From contig JBDREN010000230.1 of the NCBI GenBank assembly GCA_043819795.1, positions 1 to 55,336 on the forward strand: a stretch of 55,336 bases of DNA, given 5' to 3'. The notes under the pieces were generated by a model. It made no database searches and was not told where the DNA came from. It saw nothing but the letters and a program-made list of their open reading frames with translations. Both the position numbers and the translations under genes were made by a program. This DNA is from Elusimicrobiota bacterium (GTDB lineage Bacteria > Elusimicrobiota > Elusimicrobia > UBA1565). This document shows, piece after piece, positions 22,101-26,378 of this stretch (positions are counted from its first letter, which is position 1; each line of letters opens with the position of its first letter).

Positions 22101-24381
22101 CGGGGGTCCCCACGTAGGTGGCCCGGTCCGGACCCGCGTCCGCGGTCGGCGGGTTGTTGGAGGGAGCGCTGTAGGTCACGTACAGGTGCGGCCGGTTGCC
22201 CGACTCGGCATTATAGATCGACGTCATCTCGAACTCGCACCCGACTTGGCTGTAGACCGCCTCCGCATCGGGGGCCCAGACCCGGAACTGGGCCCTGCCG
22301 CTTCCGTACGTCGGCCGTACGCCCGCGGTCACGTCCAGATAGTAGGGGCGGAACCCGGTGATCGGGATCTTGGCCACGTTCGATACGAGAGCGGAGGCGT
22401 CGTATACGCTCCCGCTTGCGGACAGGCCGCTGAAGCTGACCGAGTCTACCTGGGGGCTGACGGGATCGTTGGGCCCGGTCCGAACGTTCAGGACGGCGGT
22501 CTGGAGCACCATGCCCGGGGGCACGCATGAGGAGTAATCGAATCCCAGGAAGACCCGGTAGTTCGTGCCGCACCAATAGCCTATATAGGGCAAGTAATCC
22601 CCATAATTCATCTCATAGTTTCCGCTCCTGTCGCGGCCGAGCTCGGCGTCGCCGAACGGGCCGGCGTTGTTCGCGATGGAGGTGACGTCGCAGGTCCCTC
22701 CTTTATACTCCACCGATACCGACACGGAGTCGGACGCCTGGGCGAAGAACGGGTCGGTCACGGTGAGCGCGGCGGTGTAGGTGCCGGGAACGTCCGGGAT
22801 GAAGGTCGGCGTCAAGGTGTCGGCCGAGAACAGCGTGGATTGGCTGCCGCCCGGGGAGCTCAGCGTCCACCGGTAGACCATCGCGTCGCCCTCCGGGTCG
22901 CTGGCCGTTCCGCTCAATGTCACAAGGTCGGTCACCTCGGCGTGCTGGTTCAGGCCCGCGTCCGCGGTGGGGGCGTCGTTGACCGGGTTGACGGTGATAG
23001 TCACGGTGGCGGTATTGCCCGATTCGACCGCCCCGTCGGTGGCGGTGTAGGTGAAGCCGTCCTGGCCGGAGTATTCCGGGTCCGGGGTGTAGGTAAAGCT
23101 GCGCCGGTCCTCCTCCAGGCGCGCCTCGCCGTGCGCCGGCTGGGAGAACGACGCGACCCGGAGCCCCTCGTTGGGCGTGTCCACGTCCGTGTCGTTGCCG
23201 GAGACGTCGAAGGTGACCGAGCTGCCCTCGTCCACGGACACGGCGTCGTTTACGGCGATCGGCGTTTCCGTGATGAAAATGGCCACGGTGGCCGGGCTCG
23301 TGGACTCCAGCACCCCGTCGGAGACATAGTAGGTGAAGTTGTCGTCGCCCGTGGCGCCGGGGTTCGGGGTATAGGTCAAGGTCCGGCCGTCGGGGCCCAG
23401 GCCGACCTGGCCCTTGGGGGGTTGGGTGAAGGTCCCGACTCTCAGCTCCGAGTTGGGATGGTCCACATCGGTGTCGTTGATGATGACGTCCAGGGAGCCC
23501 AGGTCGAAGCGACCCACCACGAGGGCGTCGTCGGCGGCCAGCGGCGGGTCGTTGACCGGGTTGACCGTGATCGTGACGGCGGCGGGCTCTTGCGAGTCTA
23601 TGGCTCCGTCGAAGACCCGGTAGGTGAAGGCGTCCTCGCCGAAGAAGTCGGGATCGGGGGTGTAGGTGAAGGTCCGGCGGTCCGCGCCCAACGAAAGCGT
23701 CCCGTGCGCGGGCTCAGTGAACACCAGGACGCTCAGCTCCGCGTTGTCGTTGTCCCCGTCCGTGTCGTTGGACACGACGTCGAAGCCGGCAGCGTTGTCC
23801 TCGTCGGTGGAAGGGGAGTCGTCATTGGCCACCGGCCGCTTCGTGACCACGACCGTCACCACGGCGGGGTCGGACTTGTGGAGGCCGTCGGTGGCGATAT
23901 ACGTGAACGTGACGGTGCCCAGGAAGCCGGGGCCGGGGGCGTAGTAGAGGGACTCGTCGCCCGGGCCGGCGCTCAGGCTCCCGCTCTGGGGCTGGGTGAA
24001 GGACGCGACCGTCAGGCGGTCGGCGTCCACGTCGTTGGCCAGCACGGCGATGAAGAACGGCGTATCCTGGGCGGTGGCCGTGGAGTCGTCCACGGCCATG
24101 GGCGGGAGGTTCAGCATGTTGATGAAGCCCGCCGCGAGCCGCATGCCGTCGCCGTTGACGCAGGAGTTGATCTCCGCCTCGCCGATGGAGCTGATCTCGA
24201 ACACGGTGCCGGCGATGGGGCCGGTCAGGGGCAGCTGGAGGTCTCCCGCGGTGTTCACCACGTCGGGGAAGTCCCGCACTCCCCCGCCTTCGTGGACTTG
24301 TGCCGCGCCCGGCGACGCAAGCAGCAGCGCCAGAACGGGCGCCCAAATGTTCCGCTTCGCGGTGGCGATCAACTGTTTCAT
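1..24381 (-). CDS. Giant secreted multidomain surface protein/adhesin, at least 8127 aa, 3' end outside the window
   Basis: ATG at 24381 follows GGAGG. The N-terminus MKQLIATAKRNIWAPVLALLLASPGAA looks like a signal peptide. 24381 is divisible by 3, and the same frame at positions 1-50 reads ...LPAGAADAFDPASGMFFWTPA (Ig/He_PIG-like). The ORF track lists no minus-strand ORF in this frame between 1 and 24381, as expected if there is no stop. Manual translation across the region gives continuous recognisable domains. Confidence 0.95.
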   Translation of the reverse strand, partial: MKQLIATAKRNIWAPVLALLLASPGAAQVHEGGGVRDFPDVVNTAGDLQLPLTGPIAGTVFEISSIGEAEINSCVNGDGMRLAAGFINMLNLPPMAVDDSTATAQDTPFFIAVLANDVDADRLTVASFTQPQSGSLSAGPGDESLYYAPGPGFLGTVTFTYIATDGLHKSDPAVVTVVVTKRPVANDDSPSTDEDNAAGFDVVSNDTDGDNDNAELSVLVFTEPAHGTLSLGADRRTFTYTPDPDFFGEDAFTYRVFDGAIDSQEPAAVTITVNPVNDPPLAADDALVVGRFDLGSLDVIINDTDVDHPNSELRVGTFTQPPKGQVGLGPDGRTLTYTPNPGATGDDNFTYYVSDGVLESTSPATVAIFITETPIAVNDAVSVDEGSSVTFDVSGNDTDVDTPNEGLRVASFSQPAHGEARLEEDRRSFTYTPDPEYSGQDGFTYTATDGAVESGNTATVTITVNPVNDAPTADAGLNQHAEVTDLVTLSGTASDPEGDAMVYRWTLSSPGGSQSTLFSADTLTPTFIPDVPGTYTAALTVTDPFFAQASDSVSVSVEYKGGTCDVTSIANNAGPFGDAELGRDRSGNYEMNYGDYLPYIGYWCGTNYRVFLGFDYSSCVPPGMVLQTAVLNVRTGPNDPVSPQVDSVSFSGLSASGSVYDASALVSNVAKIPITGFRPYYLDVTAGVRPTYGSGRAQFRVWAPDAEAVYSQVGCEFEMTSIYNAESGNRPHLYVTYSAPSNNPPTADAGPDRATYVGTPVTMAALASDPDGHSLSYGWTMETPFGSSTGLQAANTATPVFTPDMEGSYILKLTVTDEKFGQALDTVEIIAEKALAGAAGTVCSYPTTNDLGPFGDAMIGRGKSGNYVIDDSIGDWAYVGYWCGTHYRAFMGFDFYTLPQSVQLQNATLRVNTGPDSDEWSPSHPIQVDIVDFPYLQPLASVFNSPVLRSNAGQFDAAKFSQFQVNITNGVAAVIGDRKVQLRLWSPSFERSYSTYGCDFQVASIYTSEYMGYAPARWPQVCLTYTSASNTAPQAYAGPDQNTYVGAFVRLDGDGGDADGNGITINWTLDKPPGSSAVLHGAESKVPFFTTDAPGTYTATLTVSDGQDQTQDSAQIFVAHAPEAVDDLVATDEDTAFDFDVVDNDTDGDTPNAQLRVASHTDPESGQLTLGEDGRTFSYTPAQDFHGEAFFTYIAADEGRESNVAGRVTISVKSVNDPPALGAHPDLTIDEDNGDSNVRPAREDMRAYVTDADSPADTLEFRIANLADVIAELGMTDGTTGGDPNIPVVSIGDDPDSGEFAVRGELTAHDNIIRVHPRHDYHGTVTVILEARDADGAVSIQSSFTVTVASVNDPPYLAEIPDLTLDEDTGVHPGEQDLREFAADVDSAVEGLRFRITNMDDIIAAFGVSDESTGGPPEIPVVTIGEDRDSGLFSLRPNVGAADNTIHVHPRADFFGSTTVTVQARDEDGGLSEERSFTLTVNAVNDAPTLKEIPDHTLTEDQQTAEGPHDFRDFIFDVDSPTGTVQFRIVNLPEIIAVFGLSDGSTGGTPGIPAITLGLDPNSASFQLRGEGQTYDNTLRVHPRKDFSGSGTVVLEARDAGGALSNQRSVNVFVDPAPDLPVAQDDAAETEEESSVTIDVLNNDSDIDGDALTIVDISDPSGGGTVEIVENGTKITYQGAFNFAGTDTFTYTIDDGTLGSTATATVTVTLGQVNDPPALGSYPDVTVDEDSSAHPGPYDLREHASDPDSPPESLEFRIANMDDLIAAFGLTDGTAGTDPGVPVVTLGGDADSGAFRPRGPGTPYDNTVHVHPRKDFYGTATALIEARDPEGAVSNQQTFAVSVVAANDAPVLAPLPDVTLNEDTAVHPGLIGLRQFVTDIDSSDETLEFRITNLEDIIAALGVSDGSTGGNPDLPVVTIGEDPNSGDFALRGDGQRYDNTLHVHPYEHFFGAATVTVAARDGEGAESNTRSFTVTINSVNDVPVAYGDFGVAAEDSLVSLDVLANDFDVDGDTLTVIAVTQGLYGGTVTIDEDGFGLSFQSAPDFAGVDSFNYVINDGTSGYEDTANVEVTVTGVNDAPALGAMPDISSDEDAALHPGPFDLRDYATDSDSSKDTMQFRIANMEEIIAAFGTADGSTGGDPGIPVVTIGMDPASGEFRLRGEGQTYDNTIHVHPRQDFFGSVTVVLEARDAEGGVSEQRSITLTVEMLHDDPPVAGDDSAMVARNSGPNAIDILANDTIEPDADETLSIAGVSQGASGGVVVITGGGSGLTYQPPADYSGADSFVYIVNDGTPGSNDTATVTITVKANNPPTAADDEATLAEDAGATAIEVLANDSTAPDPDETLTIIEVSQGSAGGAVLITGAGTGLTFEPAADYFGTDTFTYVATDGVAGSSAAASVTVTVTPVNDPPTATPDEPTVAEDSGATAIDVLANDSIAPDLGEALTITAVTQGTEGGAVIVTGGGTGVTYQPPPDFFGTDIFTYGLGDGTEGSDADGTVTVTVTPANDPPTAVDDAAAAAEDSGATPIDVLANDSIAPDADETLTITAVTQGSAGGTVLITEGGAGLTYQPAADYFGQDSFTYTMNDGTPGSDATANVSVTVSPVNDPPTANNDAETVPEDSPARTVDVLANDSIAPDVGEILMITSVTPAPCDEGTEAGAVEIADGGKKVTYKPAANFFGTETFSYTISDGALEAAAEVTMTVEVGNDPPTAAGDATTVDEDSAATAVDVLANDSIAPDTGETLTISAVTPGSEGGTVLITGGGTGLTYQPAADFFGTETFTYTVNDGTPGSDDTATVIATVKPLNDPPTANDDEQTIAEDSGVRAVDVLANDSDAPDAGETLKITAVTQGSQGGSVLISGGGTGLAYQPPADFSGADTFTYTINDGTPGSDVSATVTITVTPTNDAPTANDDAATVAEDSWADPIDVLANDSIAPDTGETLTITAVTQGEQGGTVAITGGGSALSYTPPGDFFGTERFSYTMNDGTPGSNATGFVTVTVTPVNDPPTASADAATVAEDPGPTAIAVLANDSTAPDTGETLSVAAVTQGSQGGTVRIAEGGTGVIYEPARDFFGTETFTYNNNDGTPGSEGTAAVTVTVTAVNDPPVAVDDTQFMPGGAPQAISFDVADNDADVDTPNASLRVVQFIPGAEGSVSLGLDFRTFTYTPNPAFDGLDTFLYKVNDGSVSSTNTATVTVALFNTPPTVSAGPDQNVAKGELVILSSSGVGDADGDPVTVTWELVSKPAGTRAILHHRVGESQAAFLADKIGTYIVRLTADDGKPLGQVSDTVEIIVGPPPTPNPGRFQNGQAADVVLLRNDFISGASSPQVPDRLVFDSGGNLWVSSVSEDRILRFDQPLTTGKQPSLVLGQESLSGTGYGCAADKFNNPVGLAFDHTGRLWVADNYNMRAVRFTPPFSNGMDADLVLGQASFTTRYLGNSADRAGRPAGLAFDSEGNLWVADPYYHRVIRFPNPSTDGQLADIVIGQTGFGQGSSGSGDSKFYNPEDVAFDADGKLYVVDRVRHRVVRFSPDPVNGFTTGMAGDMFLGQESADGVSSGTDQDSLYFPEALSFDYKGGLFVADQSNRRAVLFQPPFATGMDAASVLGKPNFTTSSTPSPTASATKDVRGVAVDRLGNVALADPYNQRILYFVRPPNQAPVADAGPDVTVRQYATATVDGSGSSDPEGYPLSYQWTLTSKPAGSALSTLTQTEVAFSTTGLSTPYANGEVVGTIGQQATGGGTSTIIRVGTQGTTFRRGFFGFDAGVLPAGADANLQSAVLKIALSVGGDESVMGPIIVDLVDFGVALGSGDDALPPLQENIGTISPEIGSGPGYRSLDVTEAVRYALSLGKVPQFRLRATNEVANMPSTYVDLVPFQPTGYSPAPVELRPLLELTLVPPTSRLQFAPDVPGLYTFQLVVNDGLDDSAPDTAVVTATPNGIPTADAQTARAIIGTAKAITLTGTDPDDDPLSFAVASQPSNGTLSGTPPAMTYTPAAEYVGDDSFTFTANDGAVDSPPGTVSINVRDLAPAPVFLTDINETYLGNRRAIAGDSDGNVYVLSDYDIRKVDALGNVVQIIGGSGSGPGQLSAARGIAVYESGDSCVLYTADLGNDRVQKLTCDGEFLTLWGGPGSADGQFNNPSDIAVDGDGNLYVLDSGNSRVQKFAPDGTHLLSFGAAGTDIAVGPSGAIYISESNSPYYGVAKYDPDGALVTRWGGYGSGHGQFTYPSTVAVDPDGNVYVGDTNRKNVQVFDADGEFLTAFGGWGTSAPGTFGYVDDLCIDANFHIYTLDGYTASHRIQVFGYPEKSPIADAQSADVTEDNPAAITLTGSVPSGPIFFATAIEPAHGTLSGDAPELTYTPEQDYAGPDSFGFRVTNGILESVPARVSITVAPVNDPPLFDKISDQGVAQNETTTQEVLVTGIAAGPENETESVGLSAESSDPGIIPHPTFTGSGETRTLRYLPAPGAIGTVTVTVSADDGQAENNTFSRTFDITIFNGPPDVPTGLTIAGIGARFFDVEWNTSPGAQSYDIEASADAGFPAGQTISYTSGDNSAKTVGLTPNTIHYVRVRAVNSFGQSAFTSAVHARTLADVPLIIRGFANGQSAADLLGQPDFSSLQFMTDATHMTSPYGLTFDRDGNLWVAEASNSRAMLFQPPLSGGLKPASAVLGKAYVNDSSCATSQRDLPTCLLSAQDVAVGTDGAVWVADPTRHRVVRFRPPFSTGMAADLLLGQTSFSGTSSGSGPSKLNGARGLAVDDAGNLWVADYYNNRVLMFRPPFETGMEASMVLGQKDFYATSGYRGADRLYYPAQIAFEKGRLWVADAGNNRMLRFTGPFANGMSADLVLGRPDFTDTSTPPPSIRLYGPWGVDEDPDTGQVIVADSGGNRILIYDPPFSNGMPATSVLGQPDFESIAEASPPTQESTGRPADVLSYGQKILVGALSDRRVVAFAGTWAGFSGVDTRKLTANWGAGDNHPGTEYLVELSADPGLAGTPLTSGWTTSTSHTFPGLARETQYYARAKARNQDLVESAYAILGSTRTRNESTPPVADAGADQNVVQHELVVLDSSGSSDADGDALALTWEFVSKPAGTRAILHHRAGETQAAFLADKRGVYEVRLTADDGRLNGSVADTVQITVGPPPIPGAGVFHKGQQAAVVLGQDDFTSSDPWVIGGADIHFAPTRVLFDGSGDLWVTDWGASRIVRYDAPLEIGDEPTLVLGQPDFDSYTRRNVDQAGIFWPHDMTLDQTGRLWLADSGHNRVIRYTPPFRNGLLPDLVLGQASFDTDGAGAGASQLSYPTDLVFDEAGNLWVADRSNNRVVRFTPDTETGELASGQSADLVLGQTDFGLNSQATDANRLRLPHGLTFDADGSLWVGDNNNARVVRFTPSPTEGFTTGMSADLVLGQEDLSALDYGAQANRMLNPQALEFDAQGSLWVLDDGSNSRLLEFRPPFRDFMDASVVLGQADFGQIMGHLTQSGLSSPHGVAVDRLGNIAVADAGNKRVMYFVRPPNQAPAADAGPDTTAAQFALATLDGSGSSDPNGQRLSYQWTIAARPAGSTVSEFIQTELALSSPSADGSGYTAGRFVDAYVSGTIGQATADSIDGYSQGMLVGSSGSRYYHAYIGFDTSDIPAGANVERAILKVFLQNGTNESLTGPVVVDLVNFGATLYTPDTANPPIMENIGTISPTLPSWDDRGYRFVDVTEAARYAIARGMTPQFRLRTANETGAGSAAFLSVEGRVLIADAEARPVLDITLKPALSRGQFRPDQPGEYTVQLVVSDGDLESAPDTAQVTVSPNQRPTAGSQDLRVAMNVPRPITLTGSDPDGAPVTFNLTAVPEHGILTGTAPDLIYTPHTDYVGLDSFAYVTNDGAADSDEAAINLDIRESDPPPVFLAEHEGDAVCGVHAVAATSDNTAFVTNYDGIRKVDRDGNLLMAWTYTGTVGDRMRGVTDLAVHESAAGCFVYAAENWGAVRRVLKYTCDGEFVTTWGTQGSADGQFASAWGIATDPDGNVYVADQGNFRVQKFDADGNHLLSFGGATSYSELANGKFIYLDKVAVSASGFIYTTDSGRKDVQKFSPAGEFLHKWGGSGTGPGKFSLTAGISADPDGSVYVVDVNRHDIQKFDADGTYLAQWTPDSSPTDVSVNEHFVIFSAGSGTQDCQLEIYGYADKFPIASAQSVTLAEDGSAEVQLTGTVPEGAPSFSVMDPPSSGTLSGTAPELTYEPLADYFGTDSFRFRVSNGELESFPGKVSITIDPVNDPPTFDEIPDQAVAQGGAAKTITITGVGPGSFETGSVSLSAASSDPGIVPDPVISGSGELRELTYEPAAGGLGQVTITVTADDGEAENNILSREFPINVYDAAPGLPDGLEIVGAAPTSLDVRWNSVLGAESYELDASTNPYFATAVFTYAADRNSVRAAGLTPNSFYYVRVRSLNAFGASDYSGLAMDFTLVHTPEALVRFENGQFAVAVLGQSEFNARYDFGTGQATVSTPRDVAFDASGNMWVADTSADRILMFAPPHEFRPLAAVVLGQTGFTGNSGGNTAGKLSLPFGVATDPSGSVWVADSANNRVVRFDPPFTNGMDAALVLGQSGFGASDSAVARDRMDNPQSVAVDSAGNLWVADTHNHRVLLFKPPFQTGMDAAVVLGQEDFTSGTSALGQDRLSGPPYVAVDRSDRLWVADGNRVLRFSPPYTTGMNADLVIGSPDFDINQGVGGQYGIISPNGIVLDPSGKLYVSDSGAHRVMVYDPPFYNGMPAASVLGQADFSSTSNVTSGDRLYMPLGIAFSDLGQVWVADYQNHRLLAFEGKPGSFENVLSQELKVLWATGGNPDVTEYRVQLSTDPAFAEAVLDSEWEVAITHIFEDLEPLSQYYARAKARNINHTETPYRVLGSTITDPPNSLPVAYAGPDQDVLAGDLVALNGTASDPDGDSLTFSWSVTNSLGEFMTVNDSTTLNASFTPPAADMYLAELTVWDGEDRGGQSASIRARMTVESPFIVNGNPEVSAIVDREVVLSTISASSELGQLVYPPVYAQDLFPVGQIYDVLPPGSVLTFCYEPQALADNGVTPADLSIYGLYDAETLFNEGTLTGDVTDLESQYIWNPLVGALDEASGCITAETPGVDAAYGVFAVDHSSPTVTIDIAGGTLALSSSPQFTITLADTGSGPDPASLVMSLGGQPRDYHVLAESDGSLTIVFGLGDTGSRIGDVNPEPDGALVFKMAEGATVTAGDVQDRAGNAGSASLDFTVDTRAPTIVASSSPATGYDGWSREDVTVVFACSDDGAGLPENACPGALTVTGEGAALSGSGSVTDIAGNTSSIELTPIRIDRTPPTISASSSPGTGAGWNSEDVTVTFECSDPLSGIAPDGCPAPVTVTGEGPALSASGEAFDQAGNSASTTLDAIKIDRGAPVITLSSPSGGRFVADQDTVEVDFSVEDVDPDVTVSASLVRTQAAASHPDADAGPIAVQPGQTFPALELAAGQWRLEIEAEDHVGNTTSSTGETFEVVHDIQPPRTAIAVGDPNTDGFVTSATPFTLSAVDDLLAAEDGIGEGVDRILYSIDGAPEQTYAAPFTLSGESSHTISFRAVDAFGREEAAQNLAVALDDSEPTVTATLTPEPNEAGWHGTAVTVSYECVDAPASGSVGMQSCPPSETFDTEGAGQTAEAAASDLLGNSAESSLTLNIDLQAPSVDAGADVTVDEDVPVDFAGSVTDTVDPAPVFGWDFGDDATAGADLTPSHGYTKNGAYIVTLSASDKAEHSASDTLRVTVLPVSDPPSIAVADQTTDEQVLLGFVVEASDPDDDPPNVLVLSADLSDLPDSAANAFDAGTGAFSWTPAEGDGPGEYSATFTATETDGHPNNLSASKTITITVNEANIAPTLAEIGDKALNEQTRLAFTLSAADPDLPANTLTLSADLSGLPAGAAQAFDPAAGTFDWTPTEADGQGEYTAIFTVTDDADPSLSDTETVTITVNEANIAPTLASIGDKSVDEETQVTFTLSAADPDLPANTLVFSADLSGLPASAAQAYDPAAGTFDWTPVEADGRAAPYSATFFLSDGLETVSETIAIAVRDVNKAPVLAEIGDKTLDEQTPLGFAVAAADADLPENRLTLSADLSGLPAGAADAFDPASGMFFWTPA
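3718..14784 (-). repeat. Two diverged tandem copies (~5.5 kb each) of a multi-domain module: PKD-NHL-split PKD/DNRLRE-Big9-NHL-Big9-cadherin-FN3-NHL-FN3
   Basis: Same domain order in 14784-9271 and 9270-3718. AILHHR.GE.QAAFLADK is encoded at 14591 and 9071 (5520 bp apart). VAVDRLGN...YFVRPPNQAP.ADAGPD occurs at ~13420 and ~7861. Confidence 0.9.
15076..17757 (-). repeat. Nine tandem ~99-aa Big_9/cadherin-like Ca-binding repeats
   Basis: NDPPTA.DD...V.ED.....IDVLANDSIAPD.GETLTI.AVTQG units. Starts at about 17460, 17163, 16866, 16569, 16263, 15966, 15669 and 15372, plus a first unit at ~17757. Period is mostly 297 bp. Confidence 0.9.
17758..20736 (-). repeat. Six copies of a ~133-aa extended cadherin-like repeat, interspersed with two Big_9 units
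   Basis: Units start at 20736, 20328, 19929, 19242, 18843 and 18156 and are mostly 399 bp. Shared FRI.N...IIA.FG.SDGSTGG.P.IPVVTIG.D..SG.F.LRG....YDNT..VHPR.DF.G. Confidence 0.9.
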
Positions 24382-25652
24382 AAAGCCCTCCAAGAGGCTT
24401 GGTACTGCGGGATGTGTCGAGATTCTGTGAGGCGGACCAACCGGCGGGAAATCGGGGGAAGGCGGAAGGCGGCGACGGCTCCGGCCGACGGCGCGGGCGG
24501 AGGCGCCCGGGCCTTCAGCCGGGCGCCGGGATCGCGGGCCCTCCACGGGGCCGCCGCGGCCCGCCACACGCTGGTCCCGGAACCATGGGCTTCGGGACCG
24601 GGATGCGGCAGGGCCGCCTCCTCGGAGACGTTGGACGCGTGAGTGGAGCTGTCCTGCCGCGCCGAGGCGGGCAAGTGCCTAGGGCGATCATAGTGCGGCC
24701 AACTTCCGGAGAGAGGCCAACCGCCCAGGGACGCGCGGCCGTCCTGAAGGAGCGTCGCAGCGCGGGTGCGCGCGGTCTTGAAAGTGGTGAGTCCGGCATG
24801 CTCGCCGGTCGGCCGAGGCTCTTCAAGCGCGGTCCCGGCGAGAAGGCACGCGCCCTGGCCCGCGAAGCAGACGACCTCGACAGCGTGCGGATGGCTCGCG
24901 GCGGCTAAGAAGACCTGCTGAGCATGGAGCTCGCGTCCCGGGAGGGGGAAGAACGATTGGTTGCCGGCCGCGTCCCGAGCGAAGATGCCTCCGGACGCGT
25001 CCAGGCCGCACGAGGCCACGCCGGCGGCCAGGGGGCCTTCCTCCTTGCAGGTGAACGACAGCGACCCCGCGGAACCCGGCCGCGCCGTGATGATCGGCGG
25101 GGTCTTGTCCACGCGCACCGGCTTCGACGCGGGAGAGAACCTTCCCGCGGCCCCGTAAGGATCGATGGCGCGGACGCGGTAGGCGTAGAGCCCTTCCGGA
25201 ACGTTCGAATCCCCGTAGGAGGTCCCGCGTGCCTTCGCGACGGTGCGGAAGTCTCCGTCCCCATCCTTGCGCTGCAGCTCGTACGTCTCGACTCCGACGC
25301 GCCCGCCGTCGGACGGAGCCCATCTCACGGTATAGCCGCCCGTGTTGTCCGCTGCCGGAGCCTGAGGCATGCCGGCGGGACCCGGCCGCCGGCCCGGCAG
25401 GTCCTTGAGCATGCGGGCAAGGCTGAGCCCCGGAACGTAGAAAGCCGTCCGCAGCGCTCCCGGACCCACGTCGCCGACCAGCACAAGGGAGTCCGTACGC
25501 TGCGGCTCCAGAGCCGGACCGGCCGGGTCGGCCTGAGGTCCCTCGGCTCCGCGAGCCAGAGAAGAGAAGCCCAGCAGGATGACGCATGCCGCGGCCATGC
25601 GCGCGACAATCGCGCCCGGCGCATGCTCCCTGAGTCTTCTCTCCTGGCTCAT
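24378..25652 (-). CDS. Secreted fibronectin type III/Ig-like domain protein
   Basis: Signal-like CVILLGFSSLARGA. FN3 pattern YTVRW...YELQR...YAYRVRAID, then DKTPP...RDAAGN. Its TGA overlaps the giant gene's ATG (ATGA). The C-terminal third is low-complexity. Confidence 0.75.
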   Translation of the reverse strand: MSQERRLREHAPGAIVARMAAACVILLGFSSLARGAEGPQADPAGPALEPQRTDSLVLVGDVGPGALRTAFYVPGLSLARMLKDLPGRRPGPAGMPQAPAADNTGGYTVRWAPSDGGRVGVETYELQRKDGDGDFRTVAKARGTSYGDSNVPEGLYAYRVRAIDPYGAAGRFSPASKPVRVDKTPPIITARPGSAGSLSFTCKEEGPLAAGVASCGLDASGGIFARDAAGNQSFFPLPGRELHAQQVFLAAASHPHAVEVVCFAGQGACLLAGTALEEPRPTGEHAGLTTFKTARTRAATLLQDGRASLGGWPLSGSWPHYDRPRHLPASARQDSSTHASNVSEEAALPHPGPEAHGSGTSVWRAAAAPWRARDPGARLKARAPPPAPSAGAVAAFRLPPISRRLVRLTESRHIPQYQASWRAL

Positions 25653-25667
25653 CTCTCAAACGGCCGA

Positions 25668-26207
25668 CTATTTGATCGAGTCCTCGGCGTGGTCTCCCGC
25701 CTTTCTATACTGGGAAATCGCCGTTCTCGGCATTCCCTCTTCCAGCAGCATGTCTGCTTGGGCCGCGAACATCGTCCATGCGTCGCAGGCGTCATGGTTG
25801 TGCTCGCCCGCATGGGCGCGCTCCTGGGACGCGGTCGCCATGGACTTTGCGATCGCCGCCAGCTGAGTCAGCAGAGAGGCGCCTTGCTCGGCGGCAAGTG
25901 AGCCCTCGGCCATGGCCGCCTCCAGGTCTCCCGCGGCCTCGTCGACGGAAGCCATCGCCGCCTTGGGCTCGGCCGGGTCCGCGGTCAGGGAAGCGATCGC
26001 GTCCTGCAGCTTCGCGGTGACGGTCGTGATCACGACCGCCAAAGGCGTCTCCGCTTCGGCTTCCGGCAGCGCCTCGATCAGCGCCGCGAGCGCCTGGTCC
26101 GGGGGCGGGGGCGGCGGCTCCTGCGCGGTGGTAGCCGCCAGGAGGTTCCCGACTCCGAACAACAACGTTGTCGCCATCAAGAGGCAAGGCCATCGCAAGT
26201 TCTTCAT
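25668..26207 (-). CDS. Secreted all-helical protein, FIMAH-like; first gene of the giant-protein operon
   Basis: ATG 26207 follows GGGAGAG. Signal peptide MKNLRWPCLLMATTLLFGVGNLLA, poly-Pro linker, Ala-rich amphipathic helices. Stop is 15 bp before the next ATG. Confidence 0.75.
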   Translation of the reverse strand: MKNLRWPCLLMATTLLFGVGNLLAATTAQEPPPPPPDQALAALIEALPEAEAETPLAVVITTVTAKLQDAIASLTADPAEPKAAMASVDEAAGDLEAAMAEGSLAAEQGASLLTQLAAIAKSMATASQERAHAGEHNHDACDAWTMFAAQADMLLEEGMPRTAISQYRKAGDHAEDSIK

Positions 26208-26282
26208 AACACTCTCCCGGACAACGACCGCTCCGCCCATCCCGCGGCGGGCCGCGCGTTGGTCCATAAGTGAAATCTAATT

Positions 26283-26378
26283 AGTATATAACCCCGATTT
26301 ATTGCCAAGTCAATGACAATCCGCTGACAATCATATAGAAATAACGCTTATATTATAATCACTATTTTTTCCGGTCAG
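26283..26378 (-). promoter_or_regulatory. Promoter/operator motif copy 1 (giant-protein operon)
   Basis: Minus strand: CTGAC (26378-26374), 45 bp AT-rich, GTCAG. TTGTCA/TTGTCA/TTGGCA at 11-bp period (26330, 26319, 26308). TATACT at 26288-26283. Confidence 0.75.

Noticed and set aside
1310..24346. Many short minus-strand ORFs listed in the track in this region
   Set aside because: All are in the two frames other than the giant ORF's frame and give Arg/Gly/Pro-rich, non-protein-like translations. They are not evidence of fragmentation or a pseudogene.
24378..24950. Low-complexity C-terminal third of the FN3 gene as a possible frameshift or pseudogene
   Set aside because: The frame stays open and ends in an exact ATGA overlap with the next gene. 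The alternative frames do not look more protein-like.
26290..26312. TTGGCA as a sigma-54 -24 element
   Set aside because: There is no TTGC at -12, and the other two motif copies have ATGTCG at this position.
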